Source of the DNA: Candidatus Parcubacteria bacterium
GTDB taxonomy: Bacteria > Patescibacteriota > Minisyncoccia > Minisyncoccales > JAGMDC01
DNA length: 64,000 nt
Reading direction: 5' to 3'
Assembly: GCA_023131895.1 (NCBI GenBank)
Contig: JAGLYZ010000002.1
Location: 240,474-304,473, forward strand
Part shown: in pieces, positions 43,963 to 52,322 of the stretch
Numbering within the stretch: the stretch's first letter is position 1
Layout: each line of letters opens with the position of its first letter
Program-made: the position numbers and the translations under genes
Notes under the pieces: generated by a model
Databases searched by the model: none
The model's input: only the letters and a program-made list of their open reading frames with translations
What the model was told of the DNA's origin: nothing

Positions 43963-46900
43963 TTAAATTCTTCTAATTCCCAGCCAGAGTTCTTGGCCTT
44001 CTATTTTAAAAGTTTTCTCAATATCAAAAACTCTTTTTGGTCTGTCACCCTCTAAAAGGTCCTTAACTACAATCTCTTTTAAAATTGTCTTTTTATTTTT
44101 CTTTAAAATTTCACAGAGCTTTTCTTCCCCAGAATATCTAACAAACACCCGGTGTTTGGGCTTATAACCAGCTTTTTTACGCATTTCTTGAATATTTCGA
44201 ATAATCTCCCTGATTATTCCTTCTTCTCTTAACTTCGGCGTAATTTTAGTATCTAATTTAAAGGTTTTATCAAAGGTAATTTTTTTCACATTTACTTCAT
44301 CTTTAATCAATCCTAATAATTCTTTATTCCTTTTTAGCTTTTCATTTTTACTTTTTACTTCGAGCAAAGCGAGCGGCTGACGGACTTTTATTCCTGCCTT
44401 TGCTCGTTGAGCCAATCCCTTTGCTACAATTTCCCGCACTATTTTCATTTTTTCTTCTAATTTCTTATCAATTGCCTTCTTATCTGGTTTTGGCCAATCT
44501 TCTAAATGAACAGATTTATTTTTCGAAGAATTTTGGCATATTTCTTCTGAAATAAATGGAACAAACGGGGCTGTCAACTTAGCTAAGCTAAGAAGAACAA
44601 ATCCCAAAGTTTGCGACGCTTCTTGAAAATCTTTTTTTGTTTTGGGGTTCTGAAATCTCTTCCTAGATCTTCTCACATACCATAAAGATAAATCGTTGAT
44701 AACAAAATCCTCTATATCTCTGGCCGCTGAAGTAATATCGTAATTATCTATCTTTTCAGAAACCCCTGAAATTAATTCATTTAATCTGGAAATTATCCAT
44801 CTATCTAACAAGTTTTGAGCTTTGCGTTGTGGCTTTGCACTTTGAATTTTGAGCTTTGAGTTTTCTTTTGGAACATATGTTTCAAAAAAGGTATATACAT
44901 TATAGTAAGTAAGAATAAATTTCTTTAATGCCTTATCTACATCTTTTTCTGTAAATAGTTTGGAATCGCCTGGCTGATTTATAGTATAAAAATACCAGCG
45001 AGCAGCATCTGAACCATATTTTTCAATTATATGCCAGGGATCAACCACATTGCCCTTGGACTTTGACATTTTTTCTCCCTTTTCGTCTAAAACATGGCCT
45101 AAAGAAATAACATTTTTATAAGGAGTGCCAAAATCTAATAAAGTTGAGATTGCCAACATGGTATAAAACCAGCCTCTTGTTTGATCAATTGCTTCGCAAA
45201 TATAATCAGCTGGAAATTGATTTTTAAATTTTTCTTGCTCAAAAGGGTAATGATACTGGGCAAACGGCATTGCGCCAGAATCAAACCAGCAATCAATCAC
45301 TTCTGGAACTCGCTTCATTAAATTATTACATTTAGGACACTCAAATTTTACTTCATCAATATATGGTTTGTGAAAATCCAATTCTTGATTTTCTTTATTA
45401 TAAGGAAAAAGCTTAAATTCTAATCTCCTTAATTCTCCAACATCCATACTTCTATCTTGCCAGTGTTGTGTAATTTCTTGTTGAGAAAATCCTTTAACAA
45501 TACTTTCCGCCATTAAGATTGGACCGCCATGGCTAACAATTAAAATATTCTTATTTTTGTATTTTTTATCTACTTCTTTTAGAAAATCGTAGACTCGCTT
45601 TTTAACATCTGTGTAGCTTTCTCCTTTAAACGGCCTTTTGTCAAATTTATCTATTTTCCCTTCAAATAATTTACGGTACTCTTTAATATTTTTACCATCA
45701 AAAATACCAATATTTACTTCTATTAAACGTTTATCATATTTTACTTTCTTTCCAATTTCTTTTGAAATAATTTCAGCTGTTTGCTTAGTTCTTAAAAAAT
45801 CAGAAGAGAATATTAAATCTATTTTTTCTTTTTTTAACTCTTGCACTGCTTTTTTAATTTGCTCCCTGCCTTTTTTAGTCAAAGGACAGCCAGCTCCCTT
45901 ATTTTTATAAGAAAGAATATGCTTTTTGAAGCACTCTGATTCTCCATGTCTTAAAATAAAATATTTATTAGTGCTGAATTTCTGTTTTAATAAATCATCT
46001 TTGCTTCCGATAATTTCTTGATAACCGCATTTTTTACACTGCCAAATAGGCAATGGAGTTCCCCAATATCTTTCTCTGGAGATAGCCCAATCCTTTAATC
46101 CTCTCAACCATTCGCCGAACCTGCCCTGCTTTAAATGCTTAGGAACCCAGTTTATCTTTTCGTTATTTTTAATCAAATCTCTCTTAACTTTTGTCATTTT
46201 AATAAACCAACTCTTCTGGGCATAGTAGATTAAAGGCGTCTTGCATCTCCAGCAAAAAGGATAGTCATGTTCATACAGTTCTTCTTTAAAAAGCAGCTTT
46301 CTCTTTTTTAAATCTTCAATAATCAGCGGATCAGCCTTTTTTACAAACAAATTATTCCACTTATATCCTGAAGTCATCATCTTGCCCTGCTCATCTACCG
46401 TAATCAAAACAGGAAGATTGTTTTCTTTGCTAACGTTCATATCATCCTCACCAAATGCTGGCGCAATATGAACCAATCCTGTGCCATCCTCTGTTGTTAC
46501 AAAATCTCCAGCAACTATCTTATAAATGTTTGGAATTTGGAATTTATACAAGGGTTTGTATTTAAGGCCGATTAAATCTTTTCCTTTAAATTCCTCTATA
46601 ACTTCGCCTTCTATGCCAGATTCTTTTATTCTGTTTTTCGCCAAAATCAAAAATTCATTATTAACTTTTACCTTAGCATAAATAAACTTCGGGTTGACTG
46701 CTACTGCTGCATTACCAGGCAAAGTCCATGGCGTTGTAGTCCAAACAAGCAAATATGTATTTTTCTGCCCTTTGATAGAAAACTTTACATAAATTGAGTT
46801 TTCTTTGACTTTCTTGTATCCTTGCGCCACTTCATGGGAAGATAAAGATGTTCCGCATCTGGGACAGTATGGCACAACTTTATAATCCTTATATAAAAGT

Positions 46901-47391
46901 TTTTTCTGCCATATCTGTTTTAAGAGCCACCAAACGGTTTCAATATAATCGGTTTCGTAAGTAATATAAGGATTTTTCATATCCAGCCAATAACCAATTT
47001 TCTCTGTTAAATCTTCCCAGTCCTTTTTATACTGCCAGACAGATTCCTGGCATTTTTGATTAAATTTTATAATTCCAAATTTCTCAATATCTTTCTTGCT
47101 TCTTAGCCCTAATTTTTTCTCAACCTCCAATTCAACTGGCAGACCATGCGTATCCCAGCCAGATTTTCTGATTACCTTAAAGCCATTCATTGTCTTATAA
47201 CGGCAAATCATATCTTTAAATACTCTTGCTTCAAGATGATGAATACCCGGCTTGCCATTGGCAGTAGGCGGCCCTTCATAAAAAACAAAATTGGGCGCTT
47301 TTTTTCGCTGCTCAATTGATTTTTCAAAAATCCTGTTTTCTTTCCAGAATTTTATAATCTTTTTTTCTAACTTAGAAAATTCAACTAACAT
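43963..47391 (-). CDS. ileS: Isoleucine--tRNA ligase with internal extra domain
   Basis: 1142 aa with a HIGH-type motif (PGIHH), KMSKS, a CP1 editing domain and zinc knuckles. Carries a ~190-aa insertion at about aa 476-665. Confidence 0.93.
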   Translation of the reverse strand: MLVEFSKLEKKIIKFWKENRIFEKSIEQRKKAPNFVFYEGPPTANGKPGIHHLEARVFKDMICRYKTMNGFKVIRKSGWDTHGLPVELEVEKKLGLRSKKDIEKFGIIKFNQKCQESVWQYKKDWEDLTEKIGYWLDMKNPYITYETDYIETVWWLLKQIWQKKLLYKDYKVVPYCPRCGTSLSSHEVAQGYKKVKENSIYVKFSIKGQKNTYLLVWTTTPWTLPGNAAVAVNPKFIYAKVKVNNEFLILAKNRIKESGIEGEVIEEFKGKDLIGLKYKPLYKFQIPNIYKIVAGDFVTTEDGTGLVHIAPAFGEDDMNVSKENNLPVLITVDEQGKMMTSGYKWNNLFVKKADPLIIEDLKKRKLLFKEELYEHDYPFCWRCKTPLIYYAQKSWFIKMTKVKRDLIKNNEKINWVPKHLKQGRFGEWLRGLKDWAISRERYWGTPLPIWQCKKCGYQEIIGSKDDLLKQKFSTNKYFILRHGESECFKKHILSYKNKGAGCPLTKKGREQIKKAVQELKKEKIDLIFSSDFLRTKQTAEIISKEIGKKVKYDKRLIEVNIGIFDGKNIKEYRKLFEGKIDKFDKRPFKGESYTDVKKRVYDFLKEVDKKYKNKNILIVSHGGPILMAESIVKGFSQQEITQHWQDRSMDVGELRRLEFKLFPYNKENQELDFHKPYIDEVKFECPKCNNLMKRVPEVIDCWFDSGAMPFAQYHYPFEQEKFKNQFPADYICEAIDQTRGWFYTMLAISTLLDFGTPYKNVISLGHVLDEKGEKMSKSKGNVVDPWHIIEKYGSDAARWYFYTINQPGDSKLFTEKDVDKALKKFILTYYNVYTFFETYVPKENSKLKIQSAKPQRKAQNLLDRWIISRLNELISGVSEKIDNYDITSAARDIEDFVINDLSLWYVRRSRKRFQNPKTKKDFQEASQTLGFVLLSLAKLTAPFVPFISEEICQNSSKNKSVHLEDWPKPDKKAIDKKLEEKMKIVREIVAKGLAQRAKAGIKVRQPLALLEVKSKNEKLKRNKELLGLIKDEVNVKKITFDKTFKLDTKITPKLREEGIIREIIRNIQEMRKKAGYKPKHRVFVRYSGEEKLCEILKKNKKTILKEIVVKDLLEGDRPKRVFDIEKTFKIEGQELWLGIRRI
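44810..44866. repeat. G/T-rich ~57-nt repeat shared with tatD
   Basis: aagttttgagctttgcgttgtggctttgcactttgaattttgagctttgagttttc. In frame, encoding NSKLKIQSAKPQRKAQNL. Confidence 0.85.
45397..45966 (-). other. Histidine phosphatase (PGAM-like) domain embedded in IleRS
   Basis: YFILRHGES (RHG catalytic motif), SSDFLRTKQTA, IEVNIGIFDG and IVSHGG (second catalytic His). It lies between the IleRS blocks ...PIWQCKKCGYQEIIGS and DFHKPYIDEVKFECPKC. Confidence 0.7.
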
Positions 47392-47393
47392 AT

Positions 47394-48989
47394 TTACATT
47401 TTTTTTGGCGCGGAAATGCCCATTAAATCAAGAGCATTTTTTAAAACGATTTTAACCGCCTCAATTAAAGCTAAACGGCTTTGGAAAAGCGCTTTGTCTT
47501 CTGTAATAACTTTGCAATCGCGATAAAACTGATGAAAAACATTTGCTAAATCAAAAGCGTATTGAGGAATTCTCTGAACCTGATAATCTTTAGTAGTATC
47601 CTCTATAATCTCTGGAAATCTAATAAGCTGTTTAATAAGTTTTAATTCAGTTGGATGATTTAATACTTTTAAGTTTTGCTTGCCCGCCGAAGCTTTAGCG
47701 AAGGCGGGAGTTTCGTATTTTGACTTTGCGAGGATACTGTGTATCCGAGCATAGGCGTATTGTATATAATAAACCGGATTTTTCTCTGACTGTTCTCTAG
47801 CTAATGCTATGTCAAAATTCAAATGTGTATTTATAGATTTTTGCAGAAAAAAGAACCTCATTACATCAGAACCAACTTCATCAAGCAACTCATCAATAGT
47901 AAAATAAACTCCTTTTCTTTTTGACATTCTCTGTTTTTCCCCTTTTCTTAAAATAGTTACAAACTGATGTAGAATAATTTCCAGTTTATCTTTATGTCCT
48001 AAAGCTTCTATTCCAGCTTTTAGTCCTGGAATATCTCCATAATGGTCAGTTCCCCAAACATTTATCACTTTAGTAAATTTTTTCTTTTCAAATTTATATC
48101 TATGATAGGCGATATCTCCAGCTAAATATGTTTTAGAACCATCTTGTTTAACTAACACCCTATCTCTATTATCACCATACTTTGAGGATTTAAACCATAA
48201 AGCTCCATCTTTTTTATAAACCAGCTTTTTCTTTTTTAAAAACTCTATTATTTCATCAACTTTTCCTGATTTATAAAGCCGGCTTTCAAAAAACCATTCA
48301 TCATATTTAATACCCATTTTCCGAACTGTTTTTTTAATCATTTCATCTATAATAATCTTTGCTGATTTTTGTCCAGCTTTATATGGATCTTTTTCTTTTA
48401 TTTGTTTATGAAGCTTATCTATATATTCTCCCTTATAAACTGCTTCTTTATCTTTTAAAACAGAATGGCCAAGAGCTAAAATCTGTTTTCCAAAATCATT
48501 GATATAGTATGCTTTTTCTATTTTAAATCCTGATTTTTTTAAAACATTTGCTAAAACATCGCCGAACGGTCCTCCTCTGGCATTACCAATAGTTAAAGGA
48601 CCAGTAGGATTTGCTGAAATAAACTCTATTTGGATTTTTTTATTTTTACCAATATTTAAATCTCCGAATTTTTCTCTTTTCTTTAAAATTTCTTTAACTT
48701 GTTTCTGCAAATATTCTTTAGAAATAAAAAAATTGACAAACCCGGGCTTTACAATCTCAACTTTCTCTAAAAACTCTGGATCAATAATCAATAAGTGATT
48801 ATTAATAATTTTTGCTATTTCCATTGGATCTTTCTTAAGGGTTTTACTAATCTGCATAGCGATATTTGTGGAATAATCGCCATATTTTTCCTGTTCCGGA
48901 TGCTCAATAGAAAAATCAATCCTATCTATAGAAAATTTTGCTTTAAAACATGCCTTTTCAACTATATTTTTTATATCCTCTCTAATCAT
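47394..48989 (-). CDS. argS: Arginine--tRNA ligase
   Basis: 531 aa with an N-terminal Arg-tRNA-binding domain, SANPTGPL (HIGH region) and a C-terminal DALR anticodon-binding domain. Confidence 0.92.
   Translation of the reverse strand: MIREDIKNIVEKACFKAKFSIDRIDFSIEHPEQEKYGDYSTNIAMQISKTLKKDPMEIAKIINNHLLIIDPEFLEKVEIVKPGFVNFFISKEYLQKQVKEILKKREKFGDLNIGKNKKIQIEFISANPTGPLTIGNARGGPFGDVLANVLKKSGFKIEKAYYINDFGKQILALGHSVLKDKEAVYKGEYIDKLHKQIKEKDPYKAGQKSAKIIIDEMIKKTVRKMGIKYDEWFFESRLYKSGKVDEIIEFLKKKKLVYKKDGALWFKSSKYGDNRDRVLVKQDGSKTYLAGDIAYHRYKFEKKKFTKVINVWGTDHYGDIPGLKAGIEALGHKDKLEIILHQFVTILRKGEKQRMSKRKGVYFTIDELLDEVGSDVMRFFFLQKSINTHLNFDIALAREQSEKNPVYYIQYAYARIHSILAKSKYETPAFAKASAGKQNLKVLNHPTELKLIKQLIRFPEIIEDTTKDYQVQRIPQYAFDLANVFHQFYRDCKVITEDKALFQSRLALIEAVKIVLKNALDLMGISAPKKM
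47665..47722. repeat. AAGCTT-centred GC-rich in-frame element inside argS
   Basis: acttttaagttttgcttg + gcccgccgaagctttagcgaaggcggg + agtttcgtatttt. Encodes ETPAFAKASAGKQNLKV. Confidence 0.8.
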
Positions 48990-49020
48990 ATTTATTATTT
49001 AACTTTACCCTATTTCTCCA

Positions 49021-49051
49021 CAAAAAAAAAGAGGGTGAAAAGAAACACCCC
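49021..49051 (-). terminator. Rho-independent terminator after the 105-aa gene
   Basis: On the minus strand, gggtg-tttctttt-caccc is followed by a T-run of 9. Confidence 0.55.
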
Positions 49052-49073
49052 ATAACTTTTTATTTTTTGATTT

Positions 49074-49391
49074 TTAGTTTTGAAAGAGCTCCGATAATAC
49101 TTTGTTAACTTCTCTGCCCTCTTCTGTTTCCGTATATTGAAAGACCATTTTAGAAATTCTCTCTTGAATATCTGAATCCTGAAAATACTTATCTGAAAGA
49201 ACATTTTTAAGCCACGCTGCCGCTCTAAAAATATGATAAGATTCTCTGGTGCTTAAAGATAAAACTTCTTTCACTTTTTGTAAAACATCCCAGATTTCTG
49301 TATTCCAAATCTCATCGCTTTTTCCTTGCTCTTTCATTTTTTCATATACCAACATAACTGCATCAAATGGCAATCTTATTTGTTCTTTCAT
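49074..49391 (-). CDS. Hypothetical helical protein
   Basis: 105 aa ORF divergent from smpB. No recognisable motif. Confidence 0.4.
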   Translation of the reverse strand: MKEQIRLPFDAVMLVYEKMKEQGKSDEIWNTEIWDVLQKVKEVLSLSTRESYHIFRAAAWLKNVLSDKYFQDSDIQERISKMVFQYTETEEGREVNKVLSELFQN

Positions 49392-49466
49392 TTTTACCTC
49401 CTATTTTTAGGATATTCCCTAAACTTAAATTTGTCAACCGACTTTAAAGTTGTTAAACTAAAATTG

Positions 49467-49916
49467 ATGAGTATTCTTGCTCAAAATAAAAAAGCATATT
49501 TTGATTATGAAATTTTAGAAACCTATGAAGCAGGGATTGTTTTGATTGGCCAAGAAGTAAAAGCAATTAAAACCGGCCATGTCAGCTTGAAGGGTTCTTA
49601 TGTCGTAATTAAAAACCAGGAAATGTTTTTAATTGGAGCTAATATTCCGCCATATCAGCCGAAAAACGCGCCATCTAATTATAGTCCAGAACGTTCCAGA
49701 AAACTGCTTTTAAAAAAATCAGAAATCAAATCTTTAATCGGCAAATCCAAGCAAAAGGGCTTGACTTTAATGCCTTTAAAGATGTATACTAAGAGAGGAA
49801 AAATAAAATTATTGTTTGGATTGGCAAAAGGCAAGAAAGAATATGACAAAAGAGAGAAAATAAAAAAAAGAGAGTTTGAAATAGAAAAAGAAAGAATTAT
49901 TAGAGAAAAAATCTAA
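49467..49916 (+). CDS. smpB: SsrA-binding protein SmpB
   Basis: Conserved start region MSILAQNKKAYFDYEI at 49467. The track start at 49326 is an upstream extension. Confidence 0.92.
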   Translation: MSILAQNKKAYFDYEILETYEAGIVLIGQEVKAIKTGHVSLKGSYVVIKNQEMFLIGANIPPYQPKNAPSNYSPERSRKLLLKKSEIKSLIGKSKQKGLTLMPLKMYTKRGKIKLLFGLAKGKKEYDKREKIKKREFEIEKERIIREKI

Positions 49917-49919
49917 GAT

Positions 49920-50319
49920 GGGAGTGTCAGGTCTCGACAGAAATTTGAGTTAAAATATGCAAGTCGAGTTTTCTCAAATCTCGCAAAACTTTGAGAAAAA
50001 AATAAGTGTCAACTTATTTTCTAAAGCTAAAACGGCTCTCGTTAACGCCATTGGCGAATATCCGAGTGTTCCGACTTTAGCTCCTGCTTACGTTTAATCG
50101 TAAGTCATCTGATTGTTGATTCTCGCTGGGCAAAATCAGGTGTTATATTTAGCGAGATACTCAGTTCTCTTGTCTCAAAGGACTGGGAAAAATATAGAGG
50201 CTAAGAATATTGAAATTTTGTTCATTTTTTATTTAGTATTCCGAAAAAACAAAATGGACTAAATTTGTAGAAATATTTTGGCAAAATTTCTGGACAGGGC
50301 TTCGATGCCCTCACTTCCA
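49920..50319 (+). ncRNA. ssrA: tmRNA (SsrA)
   Basis: Begins 4 nt after the smpB stop. 5' GGGAGTG pairs with 3' CACTTCC, and a tRNA-like T arm (agggcTTCGATgccct) plus discriminator A are present. An internal ORF at 50026-50097 ends ...TLAPAYV-stop. Confidence 0.8.
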
Positions 50320-50330
50320 CATAAAATAAT

Positions 50331-50843
50331 TTGTTTAAAAGAGCTTTAGTCAACAATAGAATATGGGCAAAGGAAGTAAGAGTGATTGATGAGACAGGAA
50401 AGAATTTAGGAGTTTTGAAATTGAATGAAGCGCTCCAAATAGCTCGGGAGCGCAATTTAGATTTAATACAAATTACAGAAAAGCTAGATACGCCTGTTTG
50501 CAAAATAATGGATTACGGAAAGTACGAATATTCAGAAAAAAAACAGGAAAAAAAATCAGCTCAAAAACAAAAAAGCGGAGAAATGAAAGGGATAAAACTG
50601 GGATTTAATATCTCTCCTCATGATTTAGAAATACGAGCCAAGCAAGCGGAGAAATTTTTAAAACAAGGGAATAGGGTCAGAATAGAAATGCGTCTGCGAG
50701 GAAGAGAAAAAGCTCTGCAAGGTTTTGCCAGAGAGAAAATCAATAAGTTTACAGAAACATTAGGAAATCTTATCCCATACAAGATAGAAAAGGAATTAAA
50801 AAAAGAACCAAGAGGACTAACAATGATAATTGCTAAACAATAA
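50331..50843 (+). CDS. infC: Translation initiation factor IF-3
   Basis: 170 aa with INNRIWAKEVRVIDETGKNLGV and both IF-3 domains. It apparently uses a non-AUG (TTG) start, as is common for infC. Confidence 0.9.
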   Translation: MFKRALVNNRIWAKEVRVIDETGKNLGVLKLNEALQIARERNLDLIQITEKLDTPVCKIMDYGKYEYSEKKQEKKSAQKQKSGEMKGIKLGFNISPHDLEIRAKQAEKFLKQGNRVRIEMRLRGREKALQGFAREKINKFTETLGNLIPYKIEKELKKEPRGLTMIIAKQ

Positions 50844-50847
50844 TTCT

Positions 50848-51033
50848 ATGAAAACAAGAAAATCTATTACAAAAAGGTTTAAAATTACTAAAACTGGGAA
50901 GATTCTACGGAGGCCGTGCGGGCAAGACCATCAGCTGGCAAAAAAAAGCGGTAATAAAAGAAGACAATCCAGAAAATGGGTTTTGGTTTCTAAATGGGAA
51001 ACAAAAAAGATAAAAAAATTATTAGGAGCATAA
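50848..51033 (+). CDS. rpmI: 50S ribosomal protein L35
   Basis: MKTRKSITKRFKITKTGKILRR, a typical L35 N-terminus. ATG at 50848. Confidence 0.9.
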   Translation: MKTRKSITKRFKITKTGKILRRPCGQDHQLAKKSGNKRRQSRKWVLVSKWETKKIKKLLGA

Positions 51034-51052
51034 AAAAATGTAGAAAACAATT

Positions 51053-51400
51053 ATGGTTAGAGTAAAAAGAGGAACAACTGCGCATAAACGCAGAAAAAAT
51101 ATATTAAAGCATGCTAAGGGTTTTAAATGGGGAAGAAAATCAAAATATAAGGCAGCCAAAGATGCATTGGCTCATGCATGGTCTTATGCTTATAGAGACA
51201 GAAGAACTAAAAAAAGAAATTTCAGGCGGCTTTGGCAGATTCAAATTAATGCTGCCTGCCGCGAACAAGGAATTTCTTACAGCAAATTCATTGCCGGTTT
51301 GAAAAAGAATAAAATTGAATTAGATAGAAAAATCTTGTCAGAATTAGCTAAAAAAAATCCTGAAGTTTTCAAAAAAATTGTTGAGAAAGTAAAATCGTAA
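51053..51400 (+). CDS. rplT: 50S ribosomal protein L20
   Basis: 115 aa starting MVRVKRGTTAHKRRKNILK..., with infC-rpmI-rplT synteny. Confidence 0.93.
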   Translation: MVRVKRGTTAHKRRKNILKHAKGFKWGRKSKYKAAKDALAHAWSYAYRDRRTKKRNFRRLWQIQINAACREQGISYSKFIAGLKKNKIELDRKILSELAKKNPEVFKKIVEKVKS

Positions 51401-51427
51401 AATCCGCGTTTTTAAATAAAAAAAGAG

Positions 51428-51458
51428 GCTCGACTGAATAACTCATCGAGCTTTTTTA
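51428..51458 (+). terminator. Rho-independent terminator after rplT
   Basis: gctcga-(12 nt)-tcgagc followed by TTTTTT. Possibly bidirectional with the convergent 90-aa gene. Confidence 0.6.
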
Positions 51459-51728
51459 TTTTTTTAAATGATAAGTAAAACTACTTATATACTCATTACC
51501 TGTATCTATTAATACTTTTCCATTATTTGTTAACTGTCTGTTACCGTTGTTTACTTCTACTGTAGCACTTTGGAAATGAAATGAACCAGTGTGGTCCGGT
51601 CTTAGTTCTTTTATCATTCCTTTATCTGTTATCATTTTTTTTGTAGGTATGAACACAATATCTATGTCTTCTATCTCTGTACCAACAGGTAACTTATATA
51701 TATCTACTAAATATCCTTTTTTGTCCAA
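51456..51728 (-). CDS. Orphan 90-aa protein (predicted beta-rich)
   Basis: TTG start preceded by a strong SD (AAGGGGGGG, 5-nt spacing), which is unusual in this window. Driven by duplicated consensus promoters. Confidence 0.55.
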   Translation of the reverse strand: MDKKGYLVDIYKLPVGTEIEDIDIVFIPTKKMITDKGMIKELRPDHTGSFHFQSATVEVNNGNRQLTNNGKVLIDTGNEYISSFTYHLKK

Positions 51729-51767
51729 TTTTACCCCCCCTTATTCTTTTTTTAAATTACAATTTTC

Positions 51768-51849
51768 TTTTCTTTATTATAACAGACTTTAGTCTGATAT
51801 ATCAAATCTTTTCTTTATTATAACAAACTTTAGTTTGATATATCAAGTC
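51768..51849 (-). promoter_or_regulatory. Tandem duplicated (2 x 41 bp) consensus promoter with spacer palindrome
   Basis: Each unit on the minus strand reads TTGATA, an 18-nt spacer, then TATAAT. The spacer palindrome is cagac-taaa-gtctg in the proximal copy and caaac-taaa-gtttg in the distal copy. Confidence 0.65.
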
Positions 51850-52298
51850 TCTGATTTGCTGTAGCGCTTTTTTTCAATAAAATCATTGGCTTTTTTGAGA
51901 ACTTCTTTAGTATTATCAAATTTAAGCCGCTTTGTTGCCTGCTCATATAGCAGCCACTGAAAGCCAATATGTTCAGGAGAAAGCTTTATTTTTTCTATTT
52001 TTGTTTCAGCTAAATAGAAAGTGACTATCTTAAAAATGTTTTCCTTCTTAAATTTAAAAAAATATTTTATCCATTCTTTAAATCCATTAACAAATTTTAA
52101 ATCTTTAATTCCTGTTTCTTCTTCGGCCTCTCTTTTCACTGTTTCTAATTCTTTTTCTCCTTTTTCAATATGGCCTTTGGAAAAATCCCAATAATCTTCC
52201 TGGGATCTTGAACCAGAAGGATAATGTAAAAGAAGATAATAAATTTTATCTTTTTCTTTTCTAAAAATTACTGCTCCAGCAGATTTTTCAAAAGGCAT
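51843..52298 (-). CDS. NUDIX hydrolase
   Basis: 151 aa with Nudix box GHIEKGEKELETVKREAEEETGI. Confidence 0.88.
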   Translation of the reverse strand: MPFEKSAGAVIFRKEKDKIYYLLLHYPSGSRSQEDYWDFSKGHIEKGEKELETVKREAEEETGIKDLKFVNGFKEWIKYFFKFKKENIFKIVTFYLAETKIEKIKLSPEHIGFQWLLYEQATKRLKFDNTKEVLKKANDFIEKKRYSKSET

Positions 52299-52322
52299 AC
52301 TATTTAAAAAATTTTAACAATA

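Noticed and set aside
33531-44866. tatD/ileS repeat pair as template/variable repeats of a diversity-generating retroelement
   Set aside because: There is no reverse transcriptase in the window. The differences are not adenine-specific, and both copies lie in housekeeping enzymes rather than in a C-type-lectin-fold target.
50222-50503. 93-aa minus-strand ORF
   Set aside because: It overlaps the 3' part of the tmRNA and the start of infC and has no coding features, so it is a spurious shadow ORF.
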